This document shows positions 1 through 9,358 of a stretch of DNA of 64,000 nt, piece by piece. Positions within the stretch are counted from its first letter, which is position 1, and the number at the start of each line of letters is the position of its first letter. The notes beneath the pieces are model-generated. The model did not search any database. It worked only from the letters and a program-made list of their open reading frames with translations, and had not been told where the DNA came from. The stretch is from Desulfomonilia bacterium. GTDB lineage: Bacteria > Desulfobacterota > Desulfomonilia > UBA1062. A program made the position numbers and the translations under genes. The DNA lies in NCBI GenBank assembly GCA_963664325.2, contig CAXXDQ010000007.1, positions 384,001-448,000 on the forward strand, read 5' to 3'.

Positions 1-86
1 ATATTCCGGTTCGCAAAGTCTATATTAGCCGGTATAAGCTTTTGCGCCCTTCTGTTGAAAATGTTTATCCTGTCTGTATTCACCAT
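1..86 (-). CDS. Possible 5' end of a gene running off the left edge (MVNTDRINIFNRRAQKLIPANIDFANRN...)
   Basis: ATG at 86 opens a frame that stays open to position 1; weak RBS, no recognisable motif. Confidence 0.2.
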   Translation of the reverse strand, partial: MVNTDRINIFNRRAQKLIPANIDFANRN

Positions 87-223
87 CCAACCAATTATCC
101 GTCGTACGTTATGGTTCAACAATGAGAAGTTGATGACCATACGAGATACGACTGATAAACTAATCAGTTCCCGGCGTGTCCTGTTGTTCCCCAGTGCCTT
201 TTAATGGGTAACACTATTCGAAC

Positions 224-1333
224 TCATTTTTTAACCTCCCTGATAAAGGGGAGCGTACTGCAGCGTATGGAGCCCCCGTCCTCATTATGTGCAGCAAAAT
301 ATACCGGGTAGACAGTTATGCCGTTTTCCTCCAGGGCTTTTTTAAGCGATTTCCAGTTGAAGTTATCGTTGTATCCCAGGATGTAACGGTTTTTATCGAT
401 CGGCAATCCGTTGACTGCAAGGTAGCGGGTTTCCTCCCTGTTGACTTTGATCCGTTTCCATCCTTTGAAATATGAAGGTATCCCGTCGAGAAATACTTCC
501 GGGCAGATAATTATCAACCCGGGCCGTGGAACCGAAAGGGCGACATCCAGGTGAAGTATGTCTTCCGGAAGCCGTACTCTTTCGACATCATACCCTTGAG
601 GCTCAAGGTATTTTTTCAGCCAGAGGTAGCCCAGTTCGCTTGAACCAGTGGAGCTATTGAGCGATGTGCCTACAAATATTTTTTTGCCAAGAACTATAAC
701 ATCGCCGCCTTCTATTACAGGGAACCCTGTTTTGTCGAAATCGTTACCCTTGAACATAAGGGAGTAGTCAATTGCAGGCATGGCTGCCCACTTGGCATTG
801 GAGTTCATCACCCGGTCTTTAAGAAGGTTAACGAGCCCTAGAATGTCGGCCCTCCGGTAAAGCGACCCCATCGTGTTCTCAATAACGTTATTGCCGATAA
901 CTATGACAGGGTCACGGGTATATTGCTGCGATACGCCCGCCAGACGTACAAACTCATCGCCATAATTTTCAACAACTCTCTTCCTTGTGAGGATTTCCGG
1001 CCGCCAGACCTTCACGCCGTTCTTTTCCAGTATGGCAATAAGCTCTTTATTCTCTTTTTCCATGACCTGAAACTTTCCGATTTCAATCGAGTCCTTTCCG
1101 GATCTTGCCATGCCTTTCCGGGCCTCTGCCTCAGGTAATATTTTTATGGTTTCCATGGCCCATTTCGCAACGTTGAGATCAGGGTAGATATTGAACGGGA
1201 CTCCGACAACAACCTCTTTGAGCGTCCCATATTCATAATCAACATTTATCGGGCGCTGTTGAGCACCCCAGGCGTTAAGGGTAAAAATGCATACCAGAGA
1301 AAATGCGATTGTTATATTCCGGGCAAGCTTCAT
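224..1333 (-). CDS. Amidinotransferase / arginine deiminase (pentein) superfamily protein with N-terminal signal peptide
   Basis: Motifs EYGTLKEVVVG, TRDP, IEGGDV, HLD, GGSIRCST; MKLARN + hydrophobic core + AWG-A leader; AGGAGG RBS. Confidence 0.8.
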   Translation of the reverse strand: MKLARNITIAFSLVCIFTLNAWGAQQRPINVDYEYGTLKEVVVGVPFNIYPDLNVAKWAMETIKILPEAEARKGMARSGKDSIEIGKFQVMEKENKELIAILEKNGVKVWRPEILTRKRVVENYGDEFVRLAGVSQQYTRDPVIVIGNNVIENTMGSLYRRADILGLVNLLKDRVMNSNAKWAAMPAIDYSLMFKGNDFDKTGFPVIEGGDVIVLGKKIFVGTSLNSSTGSSELGYLWLKKYLEPQGYDVERVRLPEDILHLDVALSVPRPGLIIICPEVFLDGIPSYFKGWKRIKVNREETRYLAVNGLPIDKNRYILGYNDNFNWKSLKKALEENGITVYPVYFAAHNEDGGSIRCSTLPFIREVKK

Positions 1334-1715
1334 TTCTGCTCCTCCTGTTATTTTTTGTAATCAATTCAGGTTGAAATCATGGTAAGCGCAATCACAGTTA
1401 TATTTCAATATTTCTGTTACGCCTTTGTGGAAAAAATTAAATATTAAAATGAAGGGTGATATCTTGTGAGGTTGCTTAATTGTTGTCAAATCCCTGAACA
1501 TTACAGTTACAGGCCTCATATGACAGTCATCTTTCATCTTTACCGCCCGGCATTTTATCAAGGGACAAGATAGTGTCAGGCTACGGAAAACCAGCTTTTG
1601 TGCAATATCCCCTTCCTTGAATCCCATATAAATCTATCAAAACAGTTTACTCAAGAATGTTTATATTCTAATTTGTACAATATTTATTAGCCAACAATAA
1701 GCGGAGGAAATACAC

Positions 1716-2477
1716 ATGAAAGTTCGTACCGAGAAACAAGGTGATGTATTTGTTGTGACTATAGACCGTTTGAAAGAGCGCAATGCCATCGACCGCGAAA
1801 CCGCCGAGCTTCTTTATGACGCGTTCGTCAGCTTTGAAAACGACACTGACCTGAAGGTCGCTGTACTCTTCGGCGAGTACGGTCATTTCAGCGCTGGCGC
1901 GGATTTGAAAGCGCTTTCTTCCGGAATCTTCAACAGGCTGGAGCCAGAAGGCTCGGCCCCTCTCGGCCCAACCCGTTTAAGGCTCAGCAAGCCTGTTATA
2001 GCAGCAGTTGCGGGTTATGCAGTGGCTGGCGGGCTCGAGCTTGCCATATGGTGCGACATGCGCGTTGCCGAGCAGAGCGCTGTGTTCGGCGTGTTCTGCC
2101 GCAGGTGGGGCGTGCCCCTCATCGACGGCGGTACGGTAAGACTGGCCCGCATAATCGGCCAGGGCCGGGCGCTAGACATGGTGCTTACAGGAAGGCCAGT
2201 CAGCGCTGAAGAGGCGCTGGCATTCGGCCTTGCAAACAGGGTGGTGCCGGAGGGCAAGGCTCTTGAAGCTGCGATGGAGCTTGCGACGGAGATAGCAAAG
2301 CACCCGCAGACCTGCATGAAGAACGACAGGCTCTCGATGTATGAATCGTTTGACCTGCCTTATGAAGAAGCCATGAAGAACGAGTTCAAACGCGGTATGG
2401 ATTCGATCAATTCGGGCGAGCTGTTGGAAGGTGTAGACCGATATAAATCCGGCGAGGGGAGACACGGCAAGTTCTGA
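1716..2477 (+). CDS. Enoyl-CoA hydratase / crotonase family protein
   Basis: FSAGADL, KPVIAAVAGYAVAGGLELA, GVPLIDGGT motifs; GGAGG RBS. Confidence 0.9.
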   Translation: MKVRTEKQGDVFVVTIDRLKERNAIDRETAELLYDAFVSFENDTDLKVAVLFGEYGHFSAGADLKALSSGIFNRLEPEGSAPLGPTRLRLSKPVIAAVAGYAVAGGLELAIWCDMRVAEQSAVFGVFCRRWGVPLIDGGTVRLARIIGQGRALDMVLTGRPVSAEEALAFGLANRVVPEGKALEAAMELATEIAKHPQTCMKNDRLSMYESFDLPYEEAMKNEFKRGMDSINSGELLEGVDRYKSGEGRHGKF

Positions 2478-2507
2478 TAAAGGGTGTTGTAACTTTGCAT
2501 ACCTTTG

Positions 2508-2955
2508 TCGCTTCCTCGGCTCGTCATTGCGGCGTACGGCAATGTACGCCTCACTTCTCGACTTTGTCGCTCCTCGGTCTGCTTTGTTCTAACCCCATGT
2601 ACAGCTTCGTTATAGTCGCTTCCTCCTGGCCTCCGCGAAAATGGGATCACGAACATCCTGTTCCGCTCCTCAAGTCGAGCGCAGCGAAGGCGAAGAGACA
2701 TCATCTTTATTGAAGAACAAAATTAACGATGATTATCTGCATCTCTGCGTCACTCCCCATCTCGTCACTGCGGCGTATGCTAGAAGTACGCCTCACTTCT
2801 CAACTTCGTCGCTCCTCGGTCTGCTTTGATTCGGGCTATTGACGGCCCTCACCCTTCGGGCGCATCTTCGATGCGTCAATTTTCGTGTAGCTAAAATTTG
2901 TTCTTACCCCATGTATAACTCCATTATATTCGCTTCCTCGGCTCCTCACTGCGGT
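2508..2955. repeat. Composite REP-like intergenic repeat patch (two copies plus a partial third of a ~108-bp unit)
   Basis: CTCGTCAYTGCGGCGTA-N-GTACGCCTCACTTCTC...GCTCCTCGGTCTGCTTTG at ~2520-2586 and 2761-2828; TCGCTTCCTC at 2508, 2616 and 2930. Confidence 0.8.
2829..2900. mobile_element. 72-bp multi-hairpin insertion inside the second repeat copy (miniature element-like)
   Basis: Absent from copy 1 (CTGCTTTG|TTCTAACCCC), present in copy 2 (CTGCTTTG|72 bp ending TTTG|TTCTTACCCC). Confidence 0.55.
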
Positions 2956-2960
2956 GCAGG

Positions 2961-3050
2961 ATAGCTGCTAAGCTAGTAAGCTGTTGAGCTGTTAAGCAAA
3001 AATCTTAGAAGCTTTTGAATCTACTTATCAGCTTAACAGGTTATCAGCTA
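2961..3050. repeat. 8-bp tandem units (AGCTGNTA-like) arranged as an imperfect inverted repeat
   Basis: agctgcta/agctagta/agctgttg/agctgtta at 2963-2994; reverse units tatcagct/taacaggt/tatcagct at 3026-3049. Confidence 0.65.
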
Positions 3051-3054
3051 ATCA

Positions 3055-3084
3055 TTGACATAACCGGGAGATGAGCCTTAATAT
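3055..3084 (+). promoter_or_regulatory. Putative sigma70 promoter for the CocE/NonD gene
   Basis: TTGACA (3055-3060), 18-nt spacer, TAATAT (3079-3084). Confidence 0.5.
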
Positions 3085-3113
3085 TTTTACAAAATCAAAG
3101 GTGGTGAACGCCA

Positions 3114-4898
3114 ATGAAGATATCTGAAAAACCTCTCGGCCTTCTGATTGTCATTGCAGCATTCATAGTCTCATGCCTTATTTTCACAGGGTGCAACAAG
3201 ATGGACATTGTAGCATGGTACATGGGGCTTCCCAAACCCCAATTCAAGGTCAAGGTCACCGAAGGCGTCATGATACCCATGAGAGACGGCGTGAAGCTGG
3301 CGACAGACCTCTATATGCCGGATAAGGCAGGCAAATACCCGGTCGTGCTTATAAGGACCATGTACGGCAGACAGAATAAAAGCCATGGGTATGACACGAT
3401 AGCCAGAATCTTCACATCCCAGGGATATGCCTTTCTGGTACAGGACGTGAGGGGACGCTTTGACTCCGAGGGCGACTTCTACCCTTACATATACGAGGCG
3501 GCCGACGGTTATGATACTGTCGAGTGGGCAGGCACAAGGGAATGGAGCACCGGCAAGGTCGGGACCATCGGCGCATCCTACTGGGGGTCAACACAGTGGC
3601 TCCTTTCCCCCAATTCAAGCAAGTATCTCAAGGCCATGGTTCCCATAAACACGAGCCAGGATGTCTACCCGCGCTGGATATACTACAGCATCTTCAGGAT
3701 CACCGATGTGCTGGCATGGTTTTATGAAAACGCCCCGCGCAGGGGAAGGAGCATCGAGGGCATCGACTGGAACAAGGCCGTCTCCACGCTCCCGCTCATA
3801 AAGGCGGATGATTCGCTGGGCGAGAACATCCCGGCCTACAACGACTGGATAAACCATCCGGTTCCAGGGCCCTACTGGGACAGGATACGCGTTGATAACA
3901 GGGTGCAGCAGATTACTGTTCCTGCCATGATTATCGAAGGCTGGTACGACTATTATCTGGATCTGGCCCTGAATGATTTCAACCGCATGAGAAATGAAAG
4001 CGGAAGCGTGGAAGCGAAATTGAGCATCCTAATGGTCGGCCCCTGGACCCATACCATGAAATCCAAGTTCACGGACGCCGATTTCGGCAAGACCGCATCG
4101 TTTATAAAACAGTATAAACTGGTGATCGACTGGTTCGACTACTGGCTCAAGGGAAAGGACAACGGCATCCTGACGAAAGGGCCGGTAAGGATATTCACCA
4201 TGGGGGCCAACACATGGACGACGGAAAAAGAGTGGCCGCCCAAAAACGTTAAATATGAAGACTATTATCTTCACAGCGACGGCAATTCAAACGGCCTGGA
4301 TGGTGTAGGAAAGCTCTCGAAGACAATTCCCGGCAGCGAGAATTCTGACAATTACGAATACGATCCGGCCGACCCCGTTCCTTCGGTCGGCGGCACCTCG
4401 ATATACGGCAATCTCAAGGCAGGGCCATATGACCAGAAAACGGTCGAATCGCGCAGGGATGTCCTGATCTACACGACAGCGCCGTTAGAAACGGACATGA
4501 ATATCACCGGGCCGGTGAAGCTAGTCTTCTACGCATCTTCGTCTGCGAAAGACACCGACTTTGCAGCAAAGCTGACCGATGTCCATCCTGACGGGAAGTC
4601 CCTCAACATCCAGGCCGCAGTGATAAGGGCGAAGTACCGCAACTCATTCGATAAGCCGGAACTCCTGGAAAACGGAAAGGTTTACAGGTTCGAGATGCTT
4701 ATAGGCTCGACCAGCGTCCTCCTCAAGAAGGGGCACAGGATAAGACTGCAGCTGGCTTCGTCTAATTTCCCTGAATACGGAAGAAACCTCAACACAGGGG
4801 ATGACAACGGCACCACTTCCGCCATGGTGAAGGCATATCAGGTGATTTATCATGATGAGGCCCACCCGTCGAAGCTCGTGCTGCCTGTGATTCCGTAA
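3114..4898 (+). CDS. CocE/NonD family serine hydrolase, probable lipoprotein
   Basis: IPMRDGVKLATD, QDVRGRFDSEG, GASYWG nucleophile elbow, GWYD, GPWTH; IFTG-C lipobox-like leader. Confidence 0.9.
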   Translation: MKISEKPLGLLIVIAAFIVSCLIFTGCNKMDIVAWYMGLPKPQFKVKVTEGVMIPMRDGVKLATDLYMPDKAGKYPVVLIRTMYGRQNKSHGYDTIARIFTSQGYAFLVQDVRGRFDSEGDFYPYIYEAADGYDTVEWAGTREWSTGKVGTIGASYWGSTQWLLSPNSSKYLKAMVPINTSQDVYPRWIYYSIFRITDVLAWFYENAPRRGRSIEGIDWNKAVSTLPLIKADDSLGENIPAYNDWINHPVPGPYWDRIRVDNRVQQITVPAMIIEGWYDYYLDLALNDFNRMRNESGSVEAKLSILMVGPWTHTMKSKFTDADFGKTASFIKQYKLVIDWFDYWLKGKDNGILTKGPVRIFTMGANTWTTEKEWPPKNVKYEDYYLHSDGNSNGLDGVGKLSKTIPGSENSDNYEYDPADPVPSVGGTSIYGNLKAGPYDQKTVESRRDVLIYTTAPLETDMNITGPVKLVFYASSSAKDTDFAAKLTDVHPDGKSLNIQAAVIRAKYRNSFDKPELLENGKVYRFEMLIGSTSVLLKKGHRIRLQLASSNFPEYGRNLNTGDDNGTTSAMVKAYQVIYHDEAHPSKLVLPVIP

Positions 4899-5048
4899 AA
4901 AAAAAGCAATGCGCTTTATGTGATAAGATTTCGACCCCCTCACCGGCACCGGGGGGAAAACAGGTGTTCATTTGAGGGGAAAAACAATTTTTCAGGTCCT
5001 TGATAAGCTTTTTTAATATAGTTCAGTTTCGGGAAAGGGGAAGGTGCA

Positions 5049-6437
5049 ATGGAAAGGTTCGATGCAATAATCATAGGGACAGGAATCGGCGGAGCCGCAG
5101 TAGGAGCGCTTCTGGCGCATTCCGGCAGAAAGGTGCTCATAGTCGATAAAAACCCTATCATCGGCGGGAGGTGCACCTCCTATACCCACAAGGGCTTCCT
5201 CCTGGATCTCGGTGTCCACCTGTTCGGGCTCGGCGAAAAGGGCCCTCTTGAAGAAGTGCTGTTGATGACCGGTGCCGCCGGCGCGATAGACTGGGTCTCC
5301 GTAAGAAAATCCACCCAGCAGATCGGTGCGGAGGTCAGGAGATACTCTCAGCAGAACATGCTGAACTCCCTTCCGGCCGGAGAACAGACCAATCTTGTTA
5401 ACCTCTTCATGAAAGCCCATACGATCACGGACAGCGAGATCGACGAACTCTGGTATGTCCCTGTCAGGAACTGGATAAACAACTTTTCGACCCATCCGTC
5501 GGTCCACGCCTTCATAAGCTCGATGGTAGAACAGTATTTCTGTGTGAGGTTCGAAACAGCCAGTGCGGCCGAATTCATCAAATGCTTCAGGGATGTTCTT
5601 GCAACCCGTTCGACCGCATACCCGAAAGGCGGATGCATAGGCATCCCCGGGGCATATGTGTCCGTAATCGAGAAACACGGAGGCGATATAAGGCTCAACG
5701 CCGAAGTGAGCAGGATCATCATAAAGGACAAGGCTGCATCCGGCGTATGCATGAAAGACGGGACAAAGCTGTATGCACCTGTAATCATCAGCAATGCCGA
5801 TATCAGGATAACCGTAGACAAGCTGGCGGGCCGCACACATTTCCCGGAAGAATATGTGAAGAAAGTTGAAAACCTTGTCTATTCCGATTCATGCATTATG
5901 CTGAAGGTGGGCCTTAAGGAGAGGATTACGGACGAGCATCTCAGGATGTACATTCCGGACGTCGATTCGCTGACAAAAAATGCTGATGCGCCAAAGGACA
6001 TGTCCGCCGTTCCCGCGAAGGTGCCTGCAATGATCGTGACACCGACCAACTTCGATCCGGCGCTTGGCCCTGACAACGACAAACAGCTCATCTGTCTGGG
6101 GGCATGCGTCAAAACGCTGAGCGGTGTGAGGACCCGGGACTTCAGCCCCTGGCTCGATACGCTTCGCAATACCTTTTACAGCGCCTATCCTGAAGCGAAA
6201 GGCAAAGTGCTGTGGGAAAAAATGGATACTCCGCAGCTAGTCGATGCCTATGCGGGCGAAGACGGCGCGATCGTCGGGGTCGGGCAGACCATTGATCAGG
6301 TACATGACAAGAGGCCATCAGTCGTGAGCCCTGTCGACGGACTTTACTACAGCTGCGCCGAAGCGGGCGGACACGGTATAGGCACCGAGCTTGCTGCAAG
6401 CAGCGCCCTTGAACTGTTCGATATTCTCGGCTCATAG
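5049..6437 (+). CDS. Phytoene desaturase-like FAD-dependent oxidoreductase
   Basis: IIGTGIGG Rossmann motif, IGGRCTS, YPKGG, IISNAD. Confidence 0.8.
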   Translation: MERFDAIIIGTGIGGAAVGALLAHSGRKVLIVDKNPIIGGRCTSYTHKGFLLDLGVHLFGLGEKGPLEEVLLMTGAAGAIDWVSVRKSTQQIGAEVRRYSQQNMLNSLPAGEQTNLVNLFMKAHTITDSEIDELWYVPVRNWINNFSTHPSVHAFISSMVEQYFCVRFETASAAEFIKCFRDVLATRSTAYPKGGCIGIPGAYVSVIEKHGGDIRLNAEVSRIIIKDKAASGVCMKDGTKLYAPVIISNADIRITVDKLAGRTHFPEEYVKKVENLVYSDSCIMLKVGLKERITDEHLRMYIPDVDSLTKNADAPKDMSAVPAKVPAMIVTPTNFDPALGPDNDKQLICLGACVKTLSGVRTRDFSPWLDTLRNTFYSAYPEAKGKVLWEKMDTPQLVDAYAGEDGAIVGVGQTIDQVHDKRPSVVSPVDGLYYSCAEAGGHGIGTELAASSALELFDILGS

Positions 6438-6564
6438 CATTCATCAGTTTTAAGGACCTGCCTGTTATCTGATCTCGTGCCTGATGAATTACTAAATGCC
6501 GATTGTATGCCATAAGGCCTGCAAATCTTTTTTGCTGTTGCCATCGGACCAGGATGGGATTATT

Positions 6565-6596
6565 ATTTCCATATCGGTAAATTTCCATAGCGGTAA
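6565..6596 (+). repeat. 16-bp tandem direct repeat upstream of the 6618 gene
   Basis: ATTTCCATATCGGTAA / ATTTCCATAGCGGTAA (15/16 identical). Confidence 0.6.
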
Positions 6597-6617
6597 TTCA
6601 AATAAGGGAGGCATGTA

Positions 6618-7295
6618 ATGAGTTTATTGAAAAAGGCTTTATTAGTGGCCGGTTCGACGCTCGGGGCAAACATTGCTCTTACTCTAATCAATATCATACA
6701 GGCAGGGAGTAAATATCCCGATGGCCGGACCATGAAAGACATACTCGGTATGGACCCGGCAAAGGCAACTGCCGGCAATGTCTCCAAGCTGTCCCGCAGG
6801 GACTGCATGCAGCTTTTCTATGCGGCCGAGGAGCCTGATTTTTCGTCGCTGAAGGGTGAGTTCTCTGCCATGGTGCTGCCCGGCGGAGTACAGGGCAAGG
6901 CAAGCGAGCTGTTTACACACCATGTCTTCCCTACCGGCGGCGTCACGCTCAGGACGCACTGGGAGGGAAAGGCCTTCATGCCGGAATCGTCTTCATCCGG
7001 CTACGGATACAACATGTTCACTGACAGATCATCGGGTAGCCCCAAAACCCTCAGGATCAGAAAATTCAGAACGCATGTCGGCCCGACCACACTTGGCAGG
7101 GACGGAAGAAACTCGATACACCTTGTTTATCATGACTTCAATTCAGGCACGGTCAAATCCATGCACGATGAAGCACGGAAAATCAACGGCAATCTCTATA
7201 TATGCGGCGGCTATATGGCCCTGGGCGGCGGCTGGGTCAACCCGGCGCCCTTTGTGCTGACAGGCCCTTCATCGGAATGGGTAGGCCTGGACTGA
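6618..7295 (+). CDS. Hypothetical protein with N-terminal hydrophobic segment
   Basis: 225-aa ORF, GGGAGG RBS; WEGKAF / MHDEARKI segments suggest a beta-rich domain. Confidence 0.7.
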   Translation: MSLLKKALLVAGSTLGANIALTLINIIQAGSKYPDGRTMKDILGMDPAKATAGNVSKLSRRDCMQLFYAAEEPDFSSLKGEFSAMVLPGGVQGKASELFTHHVFPTGGVTLRTHWEGKAFMPESSSSGYGYNMFTDRSSGSPKTLRIRKFRTHVGPTTLGRDGRNSIHLVYHDFNSGTVKSMHDEARKINGNLYICGGYMALGGGWVNPAPFVLTGPSSEWVGLD

Positions 7296-7304
7296 AGCAG
7301 CGCG

Positions 7305-7769
7305 CTAACCGGAATCCCTGAGGGATCCTGCTGACAGCCTTTTCATATATGGTTCACTTCCAAAGCCGAACTGCCAGTAGAATGACATGGCCCTGGTATT
7401 GGCCGGATGAACCCATATCCTAATGTCTGCGGCCTTGTTTTCTTCAAAGAAGCCCAGGGCCGATTCTACAAGCAGCTTTCCGCATCCCATGCAGCGGAAG
7501 CGCTCGTCAATGAACAGGGATTCTATCTCCCCGATATCTTGTCTGTCGATTGTGGAATAGCAGTATCCGCAAAGTTCGCCCTTCTCATAAATGAGTTCAA
7601 TATTGGCCTTGAAACCGGATTTGCCGATCAGCTGTTTCTTCCGCTCCGGCCATGTGGTAGTCCTTACCGGCAGCCCGATTCTCCTGTCGAACGCCTTGTG
7701 CATTTCATTGAGTGAAACCCACATCGGTTCAATAATATCAATCGAATCGGCTGCTATTTTCCTGATCAT
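7305..7769 (-). CDS. GNAT family N-acetyltransferase
   Basis: LFIDERFRCMGCGKLL acetyl-CoA motif; NTRAMSFYWQFGF. Confidence 0.85.
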   Translation of the reverse strand: MIRKIAADSIDIIEPMWVSLNEMHKAFDRRIGLPVRTTTWPERKKQLIGKSGFKANIELIYEKGELCGYCYSTIDRQDIGEIESLFIDERFRCMGCGKLLVESALGFFEENKAADIRIWVHPANTRAMSFYWQFGFGSEPYMKRLSAGSLRDSG

Positions 7770-7775
7770 TCAGGG

Positions 7776-8105
7776 TTATTTTGAAGGCAGGGAGGTGGCA
7801 AAGCTGATGCAGGTCTTTATCCAGAATGAAAGGTCGCTGTCGTCCTCGTATCCTTTGGGGCTGACAACGACAAAACCCTTCATGGGCTTGCCGGTCAGAT
7901 CGAACTTCCTAGTATGGGCCTTTTCGAGGTAGATTTCATAATTGCCCGGCCCCAGTCTGGCTATGAAATCCTCGCCGATTATGCCGCAGAGCATGTTGCC
8001 ATTTAGCATAAAGGCCATGCCACCGAACATCTTCTTTTCTACAATGCCCCGGTAATCAACAAGAATTTCCCTGATCCTCTGCGCAAGCCCTTCGTCGTAT
8101 GGCAT
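7776..8105 (-). CDS. TfoX/Sxy N-terminal domain protein
   Basis: EKKMFGGMAFMLNGNM, GKPMKGFV. Confidence 0.85.
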   Translation of the reverse strand: MPYDEGLAQRIREILVDYRGIVEKKMFGGMAFMLNGNMLCGIIGEDFIARLGPGNYEIYLEKAHTRKFDLTGKPMKGFVVVSPKGYEDDSDLSFWIKTCISFATSLPSK

Positions 8106-8115
8106 TTTTTCTCCG

Positions 8116-8745
8116 TTAAAATGAATAGCTGATACTGAGTGATGGATTTAACTCACCTGCAGTATTATTATCGGAATAATCATTGTCAAACTTGACTCTG
8201 AATAAATTACATTCCAAATCAATGCCTGCAGCCAGGTTTTTGACTATCCTGAAATCCATGCCGATAAGGCCCTGCGCACCTACATTGAAAGAACTGGATT
8301 TTGTAGATTCCTCATATGACCTGTTTGAATAATAGAGCTTTATTTTCCTGTAATACAAACCGGGGCCGGCGCCTGCATAAAAATCAAATTTCCCCGAGCT
8401 GTAAATATACATGAATGTGACCGGTGCGTTCACCGAATAAAGGTCTACCTTATGTAATTCCTTAAGACCGTTTTCATATTCTACGGACTCCTCGCAGGAA
8501 TTATATGCATACCCCAGGGCGCCCCTGACCCCGAATACACCGATCCTCCTGGTGTAAGAGAGTTCATAGTATGCACCCGGGTCTATGCTGATTTTATCGC
8601 CGTGCGGGTTGTCTATCTTTATTGCAGGGTTCATGTACCCGAGCTTGAACATGATGAAATTCTCTGCCCGAGCTTCCCCGGCATTGGCCGGGGCCGGAAC
8701 GGCGATGAACCAGGAGAACATCAAAAAAATGAAATATTTTTTCAT
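8116..8745 (-). CDS. Outer-membrane beta-barrel protein (OmpW/OMP_b-brl-like)
   Basis: Signal peptide from MKKYF, alternating beta pattern, YAGAGPG, C-terminal SYSF. Confidence 0.75.
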   Translation of the reverse strand: MKKYFIFLMFSWFIAVPAPANAGEARAENFIMFKLGYMNPAIKIDNPHGDKISIDPGAYYELSYTRRIGVFGVRGALGYAYNSCEESVEYENGLKELHKVDLYSVNAPVTFMYIYSSGKFDFYAGAGPGLYYRKIKLYYSNRSYEESTKSSSFNVGAQGLIGMDFRIVKNLAAGIDLECNLFRVKFDNDYSDNNTAGELNPSLSISYSF

Positions 8746-8794
8746 GAACGCTTCATATGAATTCAAAATCAATGCCCCCCTGTTTATACTCCAT

Positions 8795-9346
8795 TCAGAA
8801 TTTTTCTCCGAACCTTTCCAGGTGGGTCATGTCTGCAAGCTCCTTCCTGCCAGGAGAGCCGCGCAGGGCTTCGGGTTTGCCGACAGGCAACACGGCGACA
8901 ACCTCGTAGCCGTCGGGAAGCTCTACTATCTTTTTGCATGCGTCGTGGTCCATCAGGCCAACAACCACCGTGCCCAGCCCTGTTTCATGCGCCTTTAGGC
9001 ACAGGTTCTGTACCGCCATGCCCAGGTCGAACATGAACCACTCCTTGTGCTTGGTCATATCCTTGCCGCCATAGCCTCCTGACACACCGGTTTTTGCACA
9101 GGCCACTATCAGCACCGAGGCGTTGAGGGCCCCTTTTATGGCCGGGTTTTTCTCCGAGAAGGTCCCGACAACCTTCTGAATCCGCTCCCTGTCCCTGATG
9201 ATTACAAACTCCCAGACCTGTGTATTCGCCCAGGACTGCGAAAGCCTGGCCGCTTCAAGTATCTGCCTGAGCTCATCATCCGTGACCACATAATCCGTAT
9301 ACTTCCTGACGCTTCTTCTTTCGGCAATTGCCTTATCCAGTTCCAT
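8795..9346 (-). CDS. Nitroreductase family protein
   Basis: ERRSVRKY, SWANTQVWEF, NLCLKAHETGLGT. Confidence 0.9.
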   Translation of the reverse strand: MELDKAIAERRSVRKYTDYVVTDDELRQILEAARLSQSWANTQVWEFVIIRDRERIQKVVGTFSEKNPAIKGALNASVLIVACAKTGVSGGYGGKDMTKHKEWFMFDLGMAVQNLCLKAHETGLGTVVVGLMDHDACKKIVELPDGYEVVAVLPVGKPEALRGSPGRKELADMTHLERFGEKF

Positions 9347-9358
9347 ATGTATTCTCCT

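Noticed and set aside
1361-1627. 88-aa ORF with a PAC-like fragment (VMFRDLTTIKQ)
   Set aside because: Only a short resemblance in an AT-rich divergent promoter region; no supporting domain
2495-2829. Small ORFs of 62-114 aa, and a possible CRISPR array
   Set aside because: ORFs are translations of the repeat; repeats are long, degenerate and irregularly spaced, with no cas genes
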